A program made the translations under genes and the position numbers. The notes beneath the pieces were generated by a model that had not been told where the DNA came from, made no database searches, and saw only the letters and a list, made by a program, of their open reading frames with translations. Shown one piece after another: positions 16,305 through 25,873 of a stretch of DNA of 32,000 bases. Source of the stretch: Desulfatiglandales bacterium (GTDB taxonomy: Bacteria; Desulfobacterota; DSM-4660; Desulfatiglandales; Desulfatiglandaceae); contig OY759599.1 in the NCBI GenBank assembly GCA_963662465.1, positions 6,253,292 through 6,285,291 on the forward strand, read 5' to 3'. How positions within the stretch are numbered: the first letter of the stretch is position 1; the number at the start of each line of letters is the position of its first letter.

Positions 16305-16883
16305 TTGTGGCGTCCGGATCATTTCAGTTATGACTTGTGGGGAAGTCGTGCCGGGCTGTGGTTTCCATGTGTAAAGCTTCTTGATTACCGTGAGAAATGG
16401 TCGGAACTGGAGGCATCGACCAATCCCTTTGCCTCGGTTGTGATGGCGCATTTAAAGGCGGTTGAAACCAAAGGAAACAACGATCAGCGATACCGGTGGA
16501 AGCTGATCCTTATTAAAAGACTCTACCGCCAGGGATACGCTAAAGCAGATGTAATCAGGCTGTTTGCATTTATAGATTGGGTCATGTCCCTGCCTGCGGA
16601 TATGGAAAAAGGCCTTTGGACGGAAATCCAAAAGTTCGAGGAGGAAACGAAAATGGAATATGTTACCAGCGTGGAAAGAATCGGTATGGAGAAAGGCAGC
16701 CTGAATCTTCTGTGCCGTCAAATTGCGAAGCGGTTTAAAACCGGTTACGAATCGCTTCCGCCGATCTTCACGGGTTTGCGTGCGGAAGATATCGAAGATC
16801 TTGGCGAGCGTTTTCTGGATGCCGAGAGCGTGGATGAGATTCGTCGATGGGCGGAAGAGAAACGCAGGGCGAGGATGCAGTAG
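16305..16883 (+). pseudogene. Rpn family 1 copy E, 3' portion (internal ATG 16653)
   Basis: WRPDHFSYDLWGSRAGLWFPCVKLLDYREKWSELEAS... to ...RRARMQ; one MEKG unit (16686-16697); 5' part displaced by the TIR element. Confidence 0.65.
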
Positions 16884-17276
16884 AGCTGAGGGTCTCAACC
16901 CATGGACATCTGGGTGGCGCTTTGTAAAAAACATCAACGGACGTGGAGCGTCCACCTGGTTGGGGAGGGTGGCTTCAATTCCGGTTGTAATCCTTATCCC
17001 GTTCATCCTGTATATCCATGTTCATTTTTCCATTGGTTCAAGAAATGGTATGCGTTCACGGGTTCATCGCTTTCTTCGGGATACCATTGTGTCGGAGCTG
17101 AAGGTGGAAGGTTCGTAGTGTGCCCGTAAGGGCATGGGGTGGGCATGCAACCAAACGCCTCACTGCGTCACTACGAACGTCGCAACAGGGCGCATTAACC
17201 CCCGGAAAATCACACTTTCGCTGCCGAATAACCTTAGAAACATGGACACTGAACCAGTGAACGGTTACCTAATTTC

Positions 17277-17577
17277 AAATACCTCTGGCTATTCGTGTAA
17301 TTCGAGGGTGGTCTTTGGCGCTCGAAGACATTCCTCTGCCAGGGTGCCGTATTTCCGGGATCTTCCTTGGCATGCCGATCTTTCGGAATACAGTGATGAA
17401 GAGATTAAAGGCGCTGTTGTTTTGAGAGTTGTCTTTCTCCTTTTGAAGCATATTTTTTCAAGCGATCTTCCGGAAAAATTCCCTGGGATTTTGGGTCTGT
17501 TAAAAGACCTTCTGAATAAACGAAACGGTCTTGAATATCTTGAGACGGTGTTGCGATATGTTAGCTTCAGGGAGTGA
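17277..17577 (+). pseudogene. Rpn family 3 decayed N-terminal/middle region (copy 2)
   Basis: Near-identical to 4974-5252, with the same frame-disrupting extra T. Confidence 0.6.
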
Positions 17578-17645
17578 TCAAATAGGCAGTGTCGAGATTG
17601 AGGAGAGCGTTAGACAGGTTTTTTGAAGGTCAGGGAGGAGATATC

Positions 17646-17891
17646 ATGCCAACAGCAGCTGAACAATGGATTGAGCAGGGAATTGAGCAGGGAATGCAGC
17701 AGGAGGCTATGAAACTTTTGTCTCGTCAAATTGTGAGGCGTTTTCAGGTCAGCTCTGATTCTGTTCAACCGATCTTTGCCGGCTTAACCACAGAGCAACT
17801 TGAAGAATTGGGGGAGAGGTTTCTTGAAGCTGAAAGTTTGGATGAAATTCAGGCTTGGGCAGAGGAAAAACGGTTGACAAAAGCGCAATAA
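17646..17891 (+). CDS. Rpn family 3 C-terminal module (RpnS-like), 81 aa
   Basis: GGGAGGAG (17633-17640) + ATG 17646: MPTAAEQWIEQGIEQGMQQEAMKLLSRQIVRRFQVSSDSVQPIFAGL...; one 4-residue unit shorter than copy 1. Confidence 0.65.
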   Translation: MPTAAEQWIEQGIEQGMQQEAMKLLSRQIVRRFQVSSDSVQPIFAGLTTEQLEELGERFLEAESLDEIQAWAEEKRLTKAQ

Positions 17892-17899
17892 ATTACCCT

Positions 17900-19802
17900 A
17901 TAGGGGTAGGAAAGAGCCTCTTGGCTCTCCCCTCCCTCCGAACCGTGCATGCGGTTCTCCCGCACACGGCTCTCCGGTCGATAGTTTCCTCATCGGGATC
18001 GGCACGCTGCTAACCGGGCCTCATGCATAGTGAAAAGCCCGATTTTCGCGAAGTAGGCATTCGGCCAGCGGCGGTGGGCTTCAAGGCTTTTGCCCCAGCC
18101 CTTGCGTTTGTTACGACGCAATAATACGGCGCGTAAGCGTCGGCGGACAAACTTATCCACCGCCGCAAACTCAGTGCGGTAGGCGTGTTTGAAGTAACCA
18201 AACCAGCCTTCGAGCATGGGGTTCAGATCATCAATGATGCTTTCCATACTTCCGCTACGTTTGCGCCGGGTCTCTTCCCGGATTTTATCACGAAGGGCTT
18301 TACGGCTTTTACTGCGTATCCAGCGCTTTCCTGCCTCAAACCGGTATCCCAGGAATTCAAATCCCTGACCCTTTTGTCGACAGTCGCCAAGATGCGTCTT
18401 GTCCGGGTGTAAGCTCAGGTCATTAGCCTGTACCCACTCCCGTACCTTTTGCAAAGCATTCTCCGCTTCCGTTTGACTGCGGCTGAGGATAACAAAGTCG
18501 TCCGCGTAACGCACCATCCGCATACCTGATTCCGCGATCAGGCTGTCAAGAGGATGCAGGTAAATATTCGCAAGCAAGGGGCTGACTACCGCCCCTTGTG
18601 GCGAACCACCCGTCGGTGTCCATCTTTCCAAGCCGTCCATCACGTCCTGTTTCAGGAACATTTGAATCAGATTGAGCAATTTGCCGTCGCTGATGCGCAT
18701 TTCGACTTGTTGCATCAGCTTATCGTGCGGAATCGTATCAAAGTAACTTTTCAGGTCGGCGTCCAGTATGAAGGTGTAGCCTTCCTTAATAAGCGCGTCT
18801 ACTTCTCGCAACGCGTCCTTGCAACCTCTTTGCGGCCTGAAGCCGTAACTCATCGGCAGAAATTCATGCTCGAATATGGGCTCCATAACCATTTTAACCG
18901 CTGCCTGCACTACCCGGTCTTTGACCGTGGGTATCCCCAGCGGGCGTTGTTTGCCGTCGCTTTTCGGAATGTATACCCGTTTTACCGCTTCCGGTCGGTA
19001 CGTTCCCGCTTTCAAGGTTTCATGCAGTTCGGCAAGGTATTTCTCCGCCTGCTCCTTAAAGCGCTTTATGCTGATACGGTCTATCCCTGCCGCTCCTTTA
19101 TTGGCTTTGACACGTCCCCAAGCCGCTTCCAGCGTCGACAAGGCGAACACCTTATCCATCAAACTGTACCATTTACCACCTTTCACCCCGTTACCCAGGG
19201 CTGCCAACATACGTTCCGTCCACACCGATGCTTCCACCCAATCCCATCGGGTTTCTGCCTCGCGTTTAGTTGTTTCCAACACTGCCGAGACTGCTTGATT
19301 TAGCTGCATCTATATGACCTTTCCGTATCTATCTTCCTATCCTCCTTCCCTCGGCACGGTTTTGCTATCCGCGCTTTTCACAACCCGGTATCCGACGCAG
19401 GCGGCGGGTACTGGTCTCACGCCGTAAGCCTTGTTAGCAGGACCGTTCTGTCGCTACGGTACTATGAGGACTCTGACTCCTGCCTCCTGTCACCCCAAGA
19501 GACAGGTCTCCCTGCTTATCTCGCTTTACCTTCCAGTCATTCCGACCCCAAACATACCATGCCGTCAAACCATCGCTTTAACCGCCATTACAGCGTGGTC
19601 TGTGAGTTTCAGGCTTCACCATGGAACGGTAGGCTCGCCACCACATGACACCGAATCGGGTTCGTCATCCTACGGACTGACTTTTCGCCTCCGGTTGCTC
19701 TCCACCCCGCCTCGCGGCGACGCAGTTACCTTCGGCTACGGAGCTATGGCATACTCCGGTACGGACTTTCACCGCACTGATAAAGCGCCTTCACAGGCGC
19801 AC
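17900..19802 (-). mobile_element. Group II intron, copy 2 (1903 bp)
   Basis: Reverse complement starts GTGCGCCTGTGAAG (19802) and ends CCTACCCCTAT (17900); same length and essentially identical to copy 1. Flanks rejoin to match the empty site tgccct|cgttcc at 5586/5587. Confidence 0.93.
17990..19309 (-). CDS. ltrA: Group II intron-encoded reverse transcriptase/maturase (439 aa)
   Basis: Protein appears identical to 7441..8760; YADD motif and maturase domain. Confidence 0.93.
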   Translation of the reverse strand: MQLNQAVSAVLETTKREAETRWDWVEASVWTERMLAALGNGVKGGKWYSLMDKVFALSTLEAAWGRVKANKGAAGIDRISIKRFKEQAEKYLAELHETLKAGTYRPEAVKRVYIPKSDGKQRPLGIPTVKDRVVQAAVKMVMEPIFEHEFLPMSYGFRPQRGCKDALREVDALIKEGYTFILDADLKSYFDTIPHDKLMQQVEMRISDGKLLNLIQMFLKQDVMDGLERWTPTGGSPQGAVVSPLLANIYLHPLDSLIAESGMRMVRYADDFVILSRSQTEAENALQKVREWVQANDLSLHPDKTHLGDCRQKGQGFEFLGYRFEAGKRWIRSKSRKALRDKIREETRRKRSGSMESIIDDLNPMLEGWFGYFKHAYRTEFAAVDKFVRRRLRAVLLRRNKRKGWGKSLEAHRRWPNAYFAKIGLFTMHEARLAACRSR

Positions 19803-19945
19803 CATTCCCACGCTCCGGCGTGGGAACCCATACCGGGCGGCGTTGACACGCCAGGGCTGAACCTGCCTCCCATAACTTTTTAAAACATGATGTGAAAGTC
19901 TTTTTCATACATTGAAAACCAACACCAGCTCCAAGGCTGGAAAAT

Positions 19946-20117
19946 CCCAAAGATCTTGGGGAGACTCCAGAAAAACCATATTCAGGGAAGTTTGTGTTGC
20001 GCTTGCTGCCCAAATAGCTAACCAGAGCCTCAACGCATAGGCAGCAGAACATTTGATCTAAAATGCCGAACAAGAACTTCAAAAGCCTTTTTGAAGAAAT
20101 TGGTTTCCCTGCCTGAG
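19946..20117 (+). pseudogene. HicB-like C-terminal remnant (copy 2)
   Basis: aaagatcttggggagactccagaaaaaccatattcagggaagtttgtgttgcgc... matches 12519 onward. Confidence 0.5.
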
Positions 20118-20320
20118 TGAGTCTCCGATTTTTCTTGCACATTAATAGTATGCCCTACGCTAAACGCAACATGCAGAAAATAGACCCCTCTTCCCAGCAT
20201 CTTCAGGATAAAAAAAGCCTGTATAGTGAATTACATTTTATCTGAACTTATAGCCACATAAGTTCTGGCAATCAGAACTTTATCCTTGACACATCGAGAC
20301 TCAGAGTGTATTGAAATTCT

Positions 20321-20626
20321 ATGCACATAATCGCTCGTAACTCACTGATTGAATTTGGGGTAAAATATCCGGATGTCAGAATGGCTGTTGACAGGTGGTG
20401 GACTATATGCAGAAAAAATACTTTTTGTTCTTTCTCCGACCTGAAAAAGACATTCGGCACAGCCGATATGGCAGATAGATGTGTTATTTTCAACATCGGT
20501 GGCGGAAAATATAGATTGGTCGTAAGAGTCAACTTTGTGGGCCGGAGAATGTGGATAAAGTATGTGTTACCCCATAATGAATATGAAAAGCTTGATCTGA
20601 AGGAGGACTCAAAATGCCGGCCATAG
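20321..20626 (+). CDS. higB: HigB-like toxin (copy 2)
   Basis: Close paralog of 12885..13190 with a few substitutions (D19V, T21M, V50A etc.). Confidence 0.82.
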   Translation: MHIIARNSLIEFGVKYPDVRMAVDRWWTICRKNTFCSFSDLKKTFGTADMADRCVIFNIGGGKYRLVVRVNFVGRRMWIKYVLPHNEYEKLDLKEDSKCRP

Positions 20627-20994
20627 ATGGTATGGATTCCAGAGATTTATATCCACTGATAGTTATAAGAAGCCAGGATGATTACAAAAAGGCACTTGGT
20701 TCCATGGAGACTGTTTTTGATGAGGAGACAGGTCCCCTGGCAGATTATGCAGAAACACTTGCCATCCTGATTGTGCACTATGAGGAACAGAATTTTCCAT
20801 TGGAGAAAAAACAGGGAGTGGAAGTCCTGAAGTTTCTTATGGAACAGAATGGTCTCAAACAAAGGGATCTGGTGGGGACTCTTGGAGGGAAGTCGACTGT
20901 TTCGGAGATACTTAATGGGAAAAGGCCATTAAACTTGCAGCACATCAGGACCTTGGCAGATAGATTCCATGTTGTGCCCGGAACCTTTGTTTAA
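20614..20994 (+). CDS. higA: HigA-like antitoxin (copy 2)
   Basis: Close paralog of 13178..13558; same HTH. Confidence 0.83.
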   Translation: MPAIDGMDSRDLYPLIVIRSQDDYKKALGSMETVFDEETGPLADYAETLAILIVHYEEQNFPLEKKQGVEVLKFLMEQNGLKQRDLVGTLGGKSTVSEILNGKRPLNLQHIRTLADRFHVVPGTFV

Positions 20995-21192
20995 CACGGA
21001 CACACAGGCTGACACCGACTTTTTCACCTATCGCAGCTTCTTCCATGACGAAGAAACCCAAAGATTATTTTACCATGAAAACAGGCGATAGGCGATGGGC
21101 TATGGGTTCTGCCGCCATTTTCATCTGCGGGGGTGGCAAATCCCTTGTCATGAGGGTTTACCATGAAAATACATCGCAGGCGCCTGCTGTGA

Positions 21193-21220
21193 GTAGAGAC
21201 AAGGCATGCCTTGTCGCTAC
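21193..21220. repeat. 28-bp near-perfect palindrome gtagagacaaggcatgccttgtcgctac
   Basis: Read directly; dispersed-repeat-like. Confidence 0.6.
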
Positions 21221-21274
21221 AGCCTCGACCGTCGCGGCGAGACGCCGCTCACACAGCGCCATTTTCATGCGCGG

Positions 21275-21631
21275 GGGGGGGGGGATGCCTGAGGCAATCC
21301 AGCGATTCATCGATACGAATTCGCTCGACGCGGTATTTGATGTTTATGCCTCGATTATAGAAACATACAAAGACGATTTTGCGAAATATGCAACCCAGTC
21401 CGAAGGCGAATATTCAAGCCTTTCTTCTTGGATTGTGGCTTGATGAATACCATTTGCGGCGTTCAATGGATAGCATTGAACGAACTTAAGAGAACGTCAT
21501 TTATCAATAAAGGCCATGTAGCTGAACAGTTCATTGCCCAACATCTTGTCTTCGTCGGAAAAAACAATGTAAGCCCGTTTTTGACCTACTGGTTGCGCGA
21601 AGGGAGGACCGGAAATTTGGTGACATTTTAA
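21275..21631 (+). pseudogene. AAA/DUF4143 ATPase remnants (copy 2), in broken frames
   Basis: GGMPEAIQRFIDTNSLDAVFDVYASIIETYKDDFAKYATQSE then, in another frame, LNELKRTSFINKGHVAEQFIAQHLVF...YWLREGRTGN; preceded by a 12-G run. Confidence 0.55.
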
Positions 21632-21964
21632 TCCGAAGTTGTTACCTGCGCAAGTTGTTTTTGTAACCGCTTACTGCTGACGAACTCTTATTCTTTGGAT
21701 CTGTGCAGGTAGTGACTTACAGATTAAATGCTTCGAAAAAAACAAGATGATCAGTATAATAAGAGGAATTCATTGCTAAAAAAACTTAAAACTGCGTCTT
21801 GCCGCCTTAGCCATTATACATCCTAATTCTCCCCACCATCCCTTCCAGTCTTGCCCTTTCAGCTTTCACCTTTGGGTTTCTATCCATCCTATCCACAGCT
21901 CTCATCTTGACAAATCCAACAAACTGGGTAATACTATGTATGCCCTAAAAACAGGAGGCTATTT

Positions 21965-22237
21965 TTGCGAATTAATGATTTCGAATGGGATGAGGGTAAT
22001 GCCTTGCATCTCCAACTGGGTCACGGTATTTCGCCGGAAGAGGCAGAAGAGGTCTTTGCCGGCGACCCTTTTTTCAGACGAACAAAAAAAGGGCATTACG
22101 CAGTTTTTGGTCCAACCTTTGAAGGAAGGTATCTGACGATTGTTTTCCAGCTAAAACCCAAAGGCATTGCTCGACCTTTCACCGGCTGGGATATGCGTCG
22201 AGCAGAAATTCAATACTACAAGAAACACAGGGGATAA
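21965..22237 (+). CDS. BrnT-like toxin (start codon uncertain)
   Basis: INDFEWDEGNALHLQLGHGISPEEAEEVFAGDPFFRRTKKGHYAVFGPTFEGRYLTIVFQLK...IARPFTGWDMRRAEIQYYKKHR is the BrnT fold signature. Confidence 0.75.
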   Translation: MRINDFEWDEGNALHLQLGHGISPEEAEEVFAGDPFFRRTKKGHYAVFGPTFEGRYLTIVFQLKPKGIARPFTGWDMRRAEIQYYKKHRG

Positions 22238-22239
22238 GA

Positions 22240-22533
22240 GTGGCAACACAAAAACCGGCGCCAAAAAACTGGGCGGAGTATTACGACCAGGAAAATATTC
22301 TGGAGGAAATCCTGGAGGACGCGGTCAATTTCAGCTTGAACGAAGATCTTCTTCAGGCCATCGTTGCAGGCAAGCGTAAGAGAAAACTGAAAAATATCTC
22401 TATCAAGATAGATCCTCTGCATGTTTCAGCTATCAAGAAGCTTGCTACAATGAAGGCTATCCCTTATCAGACTTTGGTAAGACAGTGGCTTGCAGAGGAT
22501 ATTAGGAAGGAATTGGATGCGGTCACAAAATAG
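22240..22533 (+). CDS. CopG/BrnA-like ribbon-helix-helix antitoxin
   Basis: KLKNISIKIDPLHVSAIKKLATMKAIPYQTLVRQWLAEDIRKEL; immediately follows the BrnT-like gene. Confidence 0.75.
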   Translation: MATQKPAPKNWAEYYDQENILEEILEDAVNFSLNEDLLQAIVAGKRKRKLKNISIKIDPLHVSAIKKLATMKAIPYQTLVRQWLAEDIRKELDAVTK

Positions 22534-22801
22534 CTGGATTCATGGGCTTATCAACTTCTCCACCTAAATTTGTGCATGTTACCCCATAAAAGAAAAAAGG
22601 TTGTAAGTATCCTGAAAATCACGTAAATCCTGTCACAATAACCCGGTAATATTCAAAAGGGACAGGCCAATAATTTTATATTGGCGACGTGGGCCGAATT
22701 CTCCTTGATCTCCATTCCTTCCATCAATTTCCAAACATCAAAAGAACCTTGCCCGACCTTGGGCTTTCTGATATTCTGGCAGCATATTCAAACTCGAACG
22801 G

Positions 22802-23812
22802 GTGGAACAAAAAATGACCTTTGACTCTGAAACGGCTGATTACGACAGCCCGTGGAAAAACGCTCTGGAATGCTATTTTCGTGAATGCATTGAGTTTTTT
22901 CTTCCTGAGATGGCGCAGGATGTGGATTGGGAAAGGGGATGCCTTTTTTTGGACAAGGAATTTCAGCAGGTGTCCAAAAATGCGGCTGTCGGTCGCAGAT
23001 ATGCCGACAAACTCGTACAACTGTACCGCAAAGACGGCAGCGATGAATGGGTGTTGGCGCACGTGGAAGTGCAGGGGCAGAAAAGGAAACCGTTCCCTGA
23101 GAGGATGTACACTTATAATTACCGAACATTTGACCTTTTTCATCGGAAAGTAGCCAGTATCGCGATTCTGGCGGATGAAAATCCTTTGTGGCGTCCGGAT
23201 CATTTCAGTTATGAATTGTGGGGAAGTCGTGCCGGGCTGTGGTTTCCATGCGTGAAGCTTCTTGATTACAGTGAGAAATGGACGGAATTGGAGGCATCGA
23301 CCAATCCCTTTGCCTCGGTTGTGATGGCGCATTTAAAGGCGGTTGAAACCAAGGGAGACAACGAGCAGCGATACCGGTGGAAGCTGATCCTCATTAAAAG
23401 GCTTTACCGCCAGGGATACTCTAAAGCAGATGTGCTCAGGCTGTTTGCATTTATAGATTGGGTCATGTCCCTGCCTGCGGATATGGAAAAAGGCCTTTGG
23501 ACGGAAATCCAAAAGTTCGAGGAGGAAACGAAAATGGAATATGTTACCAGCGTGGAAAGAATCGGTATGGAGAAAGGCATGGAGAAAGGCATGGAGAAAG
23601 GCATGGAGAAAGGCATGGAGAAAGGCAGCCTGAATCTTCTGTGCCGTCTCATTGCGAAGCGATTTAAAACCGGTTACGAATCGCTTCCTCCGATCTTCAC
23701 GGGTTTGCGTGCGGAAGATATCGAAGATCTTGGCGAGCGTTTCCTGGATGCCGAGAGCGTGGATGAGATTCGTCGATGGGCGGAAGAAAAACGCAGGGCG
23801 AGGATGCAGTAG
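22802..23812 (+). CDS. Rpn family PD-(D/E)XK nuclease/putative transposase (family 1, copy F), full length
   Basis: Near-identical to 11365..12363 with five MEKG units (23567-23626); internal SD + ATG at 23534. Confidence 0.88.
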   Translation: MEQKMTFDSETADYDSPWKNALECYFRECIEFFLPEMAQDVDWERGCLFLDKEFQQVSKNAAVGRRYADKLVQLYRKDGSDEWVLAHVEVQGQKRKPFPERMYTYNYRTFDLFHRKVASIAILADENPLWRPDHFSYELWGSRAGLWFPCVKLLDYSEKWTELEASTNPFASVVMAHLKAVETKGDNEQRYRWKLILIKRLYRQGYSKADVLRLFAFIDWVMSLPADMEKGLWTEIQKFEEETKMEYVTSVERIGMEKGMEKGMEKGMEKGMEKGSLNLLCRLIAKRFKTGYESLPPIFTGLRAEDIEDLGERFLDAESVDEIRRWAEEKRRARMQ

Positions 23813-24136
23813 CGCAGGGACTCAGCCCATGGACATCTGGGTGGCGCTTTGTAAAAAACATGGAACAGAAGTGGGATGTCCATAAAAAGCTAAGAAAGTT
23901 GCCAGGCGTACAATGATTTCCCGCTTGCCGAGGCCGCGTATCGGTTGTTATTCGAAAATTATTGCAGAAGGGAATAGGTTCAGACCTCAATCTTTTGACA
24001 GGATTAACAGGATCAACTGGATAAAAGAAAAAAGGTTATAAGTATCCTGAAAATCACGTAAATCCTGTCACATTTGACCTTTTTCATCGGAAAGTAGCCA
24101 GTATCGCGATTCTGGCGGATTAAAATCCGGCTCAAT

Positions 24137-24568
24137 GCGGATTAACGTGAAAAAATGTTTCGCCACCAGGAAAAACCTCGGTGCATTCGTCATAAAGAAT
24201 CGTATGTATTCGGAATCCGACGAACCCATGGTTATTTTTCCCACGCGGTAGGTCAGGGTGCGGCGCGTCTCGTTTTTTCCTCTGACGCTGTTGAATCCCA
24301 AATGGGTTGAAATCCATCAAACGACCGAAAAAAACCCGAACGCGCCGTTCCCTGACATTTTTACGATCACCCCAACGTCGCCAATGGCGATTATCGGTTT
24401 ATGCCGAATCAATGTCAGGTAATCCCGTGTGTGGACGTGTGGGATTTTGAACGTTCATGGAGGTTGGAGTGAAAATAGAAATTTCGCGGTAAAAATGTAA
24501 ACGCGGGATAACTTGACCTACGGACTATACGACTTTTCCCCTCCGGGAATGTTTTCACGTTAATCCGC
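24137..24568. mobile_element. ~430-bp TIR-bounded non-autonomous element (copy 3)
   Basis: Inverted 17-bp ends gcggattaacgtgaaaa / ttttcacgttaatccgc; interior highly similar to 15858-16286. Confidence 0.75.
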
Positions 24569-24649
24569 GATGAACCGAATAGCCATGGCTCAGTGCGATT
24601 ACCAACACAAGGGTCGCGTGTTTATATAAAGCTTGGCAAGCAGCGAGCG

Positions 24650-24724
24650 GTTTTTCATTCTCCTCACCCACAAAAAGAGGCGGTCAAAGGGGCAGTTGAA
24701 GATATTAGATCGTTTTTGAAATGA
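24650..24724 (+). pseudogene. HicA-like toxin C-terminal remnant
   Basis: ...HPQKEAVKGAVEDIRSFLK* immediately upstream of the HicB-like start. Confidence 0.45.
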
Positions 24725-24738
24725 GCAGGAGTTCAACC

Positions 24739-24909
24739 ATGAGCAAATTAAATATCCTGGCATATAAAGGGTACTTCGGAGAAGTTTCCTTTGACAGTGA
24801 TGCGAAAGTGTTCTACGGGCGTGTCATAAATACACGAGATACGATAACTTTCCAGTCAGATAACGCCAAACAGCTTGAAAAGGAATTTCAGGTTTCGGTG
24901 GATCCTTAG
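24739..24909 (+). pseudogene. HicB-like antitoxin N-terminal fragment
   Basis: MSKLNILAYKGYFGEVSFDSDAKVFYGRVINTRDTITFQSDNAKQLEKEFQVSVDP*; AGGAG upstream; truncated at exactly the motif where the remnants at 12481 begin. Confidence 0.6.
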
Positions 24910-25009
24910 CGTAATACCCAAGGCGGCAGGGCCGCAGGTTTAGTGTTAAGTTCAAGCGGTTACAGATTTTCTTGTTTTTTGTGGCAGAAATTCCGGGAGT
25001 AAGGGCCGC

Positions 25010-25387
25010 GTGGCGGAACAGTTCATCGCCCAACACCTCGCTTTTTTTGGAAAAAACAACGTGACCCCATCTCTAACCTATTGGTTGCGGAAAAAAAGAT
25101 CAGCCAATGCCAAGATTGATTTTGTGACGCTGTTGGATGAATCGATCGTTCCTGTCGAGGTTAAAGCCGGCAAAAGTGGTTCGCTCAAGTCCCTTTTGCA
25201 GTTCGTAAACCAAAAAGAAATCAAAACCGCCGTGCGCTTTGATTTGAATCCGCCTACCTTGCAACATGTCTCACACGCCATTCGCCAGGCCGATAAATCC
25301 CTACCGATAGCGTTTGCTCTATTATCTCTTCCGCTTTACATGATTGAGGAACTGTTCAGAATTTTTTCTGCAAGAAACGCCGGCTGA
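25010..25387 (+). pseudogene. DUF4143 C-terminal domain fragment of an AAA-family ATPase
   Basis: AEQFIAQHLAFFGKNNVTPSLTYWLRKKRSANAKIDFVTLLDESIVPVEVKAGKSGSLKSLLQFV. Confidence 0.6.
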
Positions 25388-25816
25388 CGTGCTCAAAATG
25401 TGGTTACGAACTGAGTCTGATAAACCATATCTGAACATTTGGAAAACAGGGAAAGAAAATTTGACAAAAAATTGGGATTCGATAAATCAACCTTTTGAAA
25501 AAATTGAACTTGCAAGGATACTTTTGCCAAATCTGCCACGCAAAGCGATCTGCTGTGCCTGCAGTAAGGTGTTCGACTACGTGCCCATGGCCGCCGGTGA
25601 AAAACTCAAATATGTTAGTGTGGATTCTGATGGCCAGTCTCGAGACATCAGCCGGGCGCTTGCTCTGCTCGAAAAAGCATAGATCATCATGAAAGCCTGT
25701 CACACGGGCGCATCCGATTCTGCTGCATCTTTTAACCGTTGTTCTATCTTTTAGCCCAGTGTTTCGCGAACGGACTCGATCGGGTACGCCAGGTGCGAGG
25801 GACTTTCCGGCCCACA

Positions 25817-25873
25817 TCTGCCAAAAAATGTCACATTATCTGGCAAAAAATGTCACATTTTTTGCCAGATAAT
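25817..25873. repeat. Direct-repeat plus palindrome cluster upstream of the pilin genes
   Basis: TCTGcCAAAAAATGTCACATT (25817-25837) and TCTGgCAAAAAATGTCACATT (25839-25859), 22-bp spacing; palindrome ATTATCTGGCAAAAAATGT-C-ACATTTTTTGCCAGATAAT (25835-25873). Confidence 0.65.

Noticed and set aside
3340-25700. Hypothesis of an intact prophage or integron behind the mosaic
   Set aside because: No integrase, attC-like array, structural phage genes or tRNA boundary seen.
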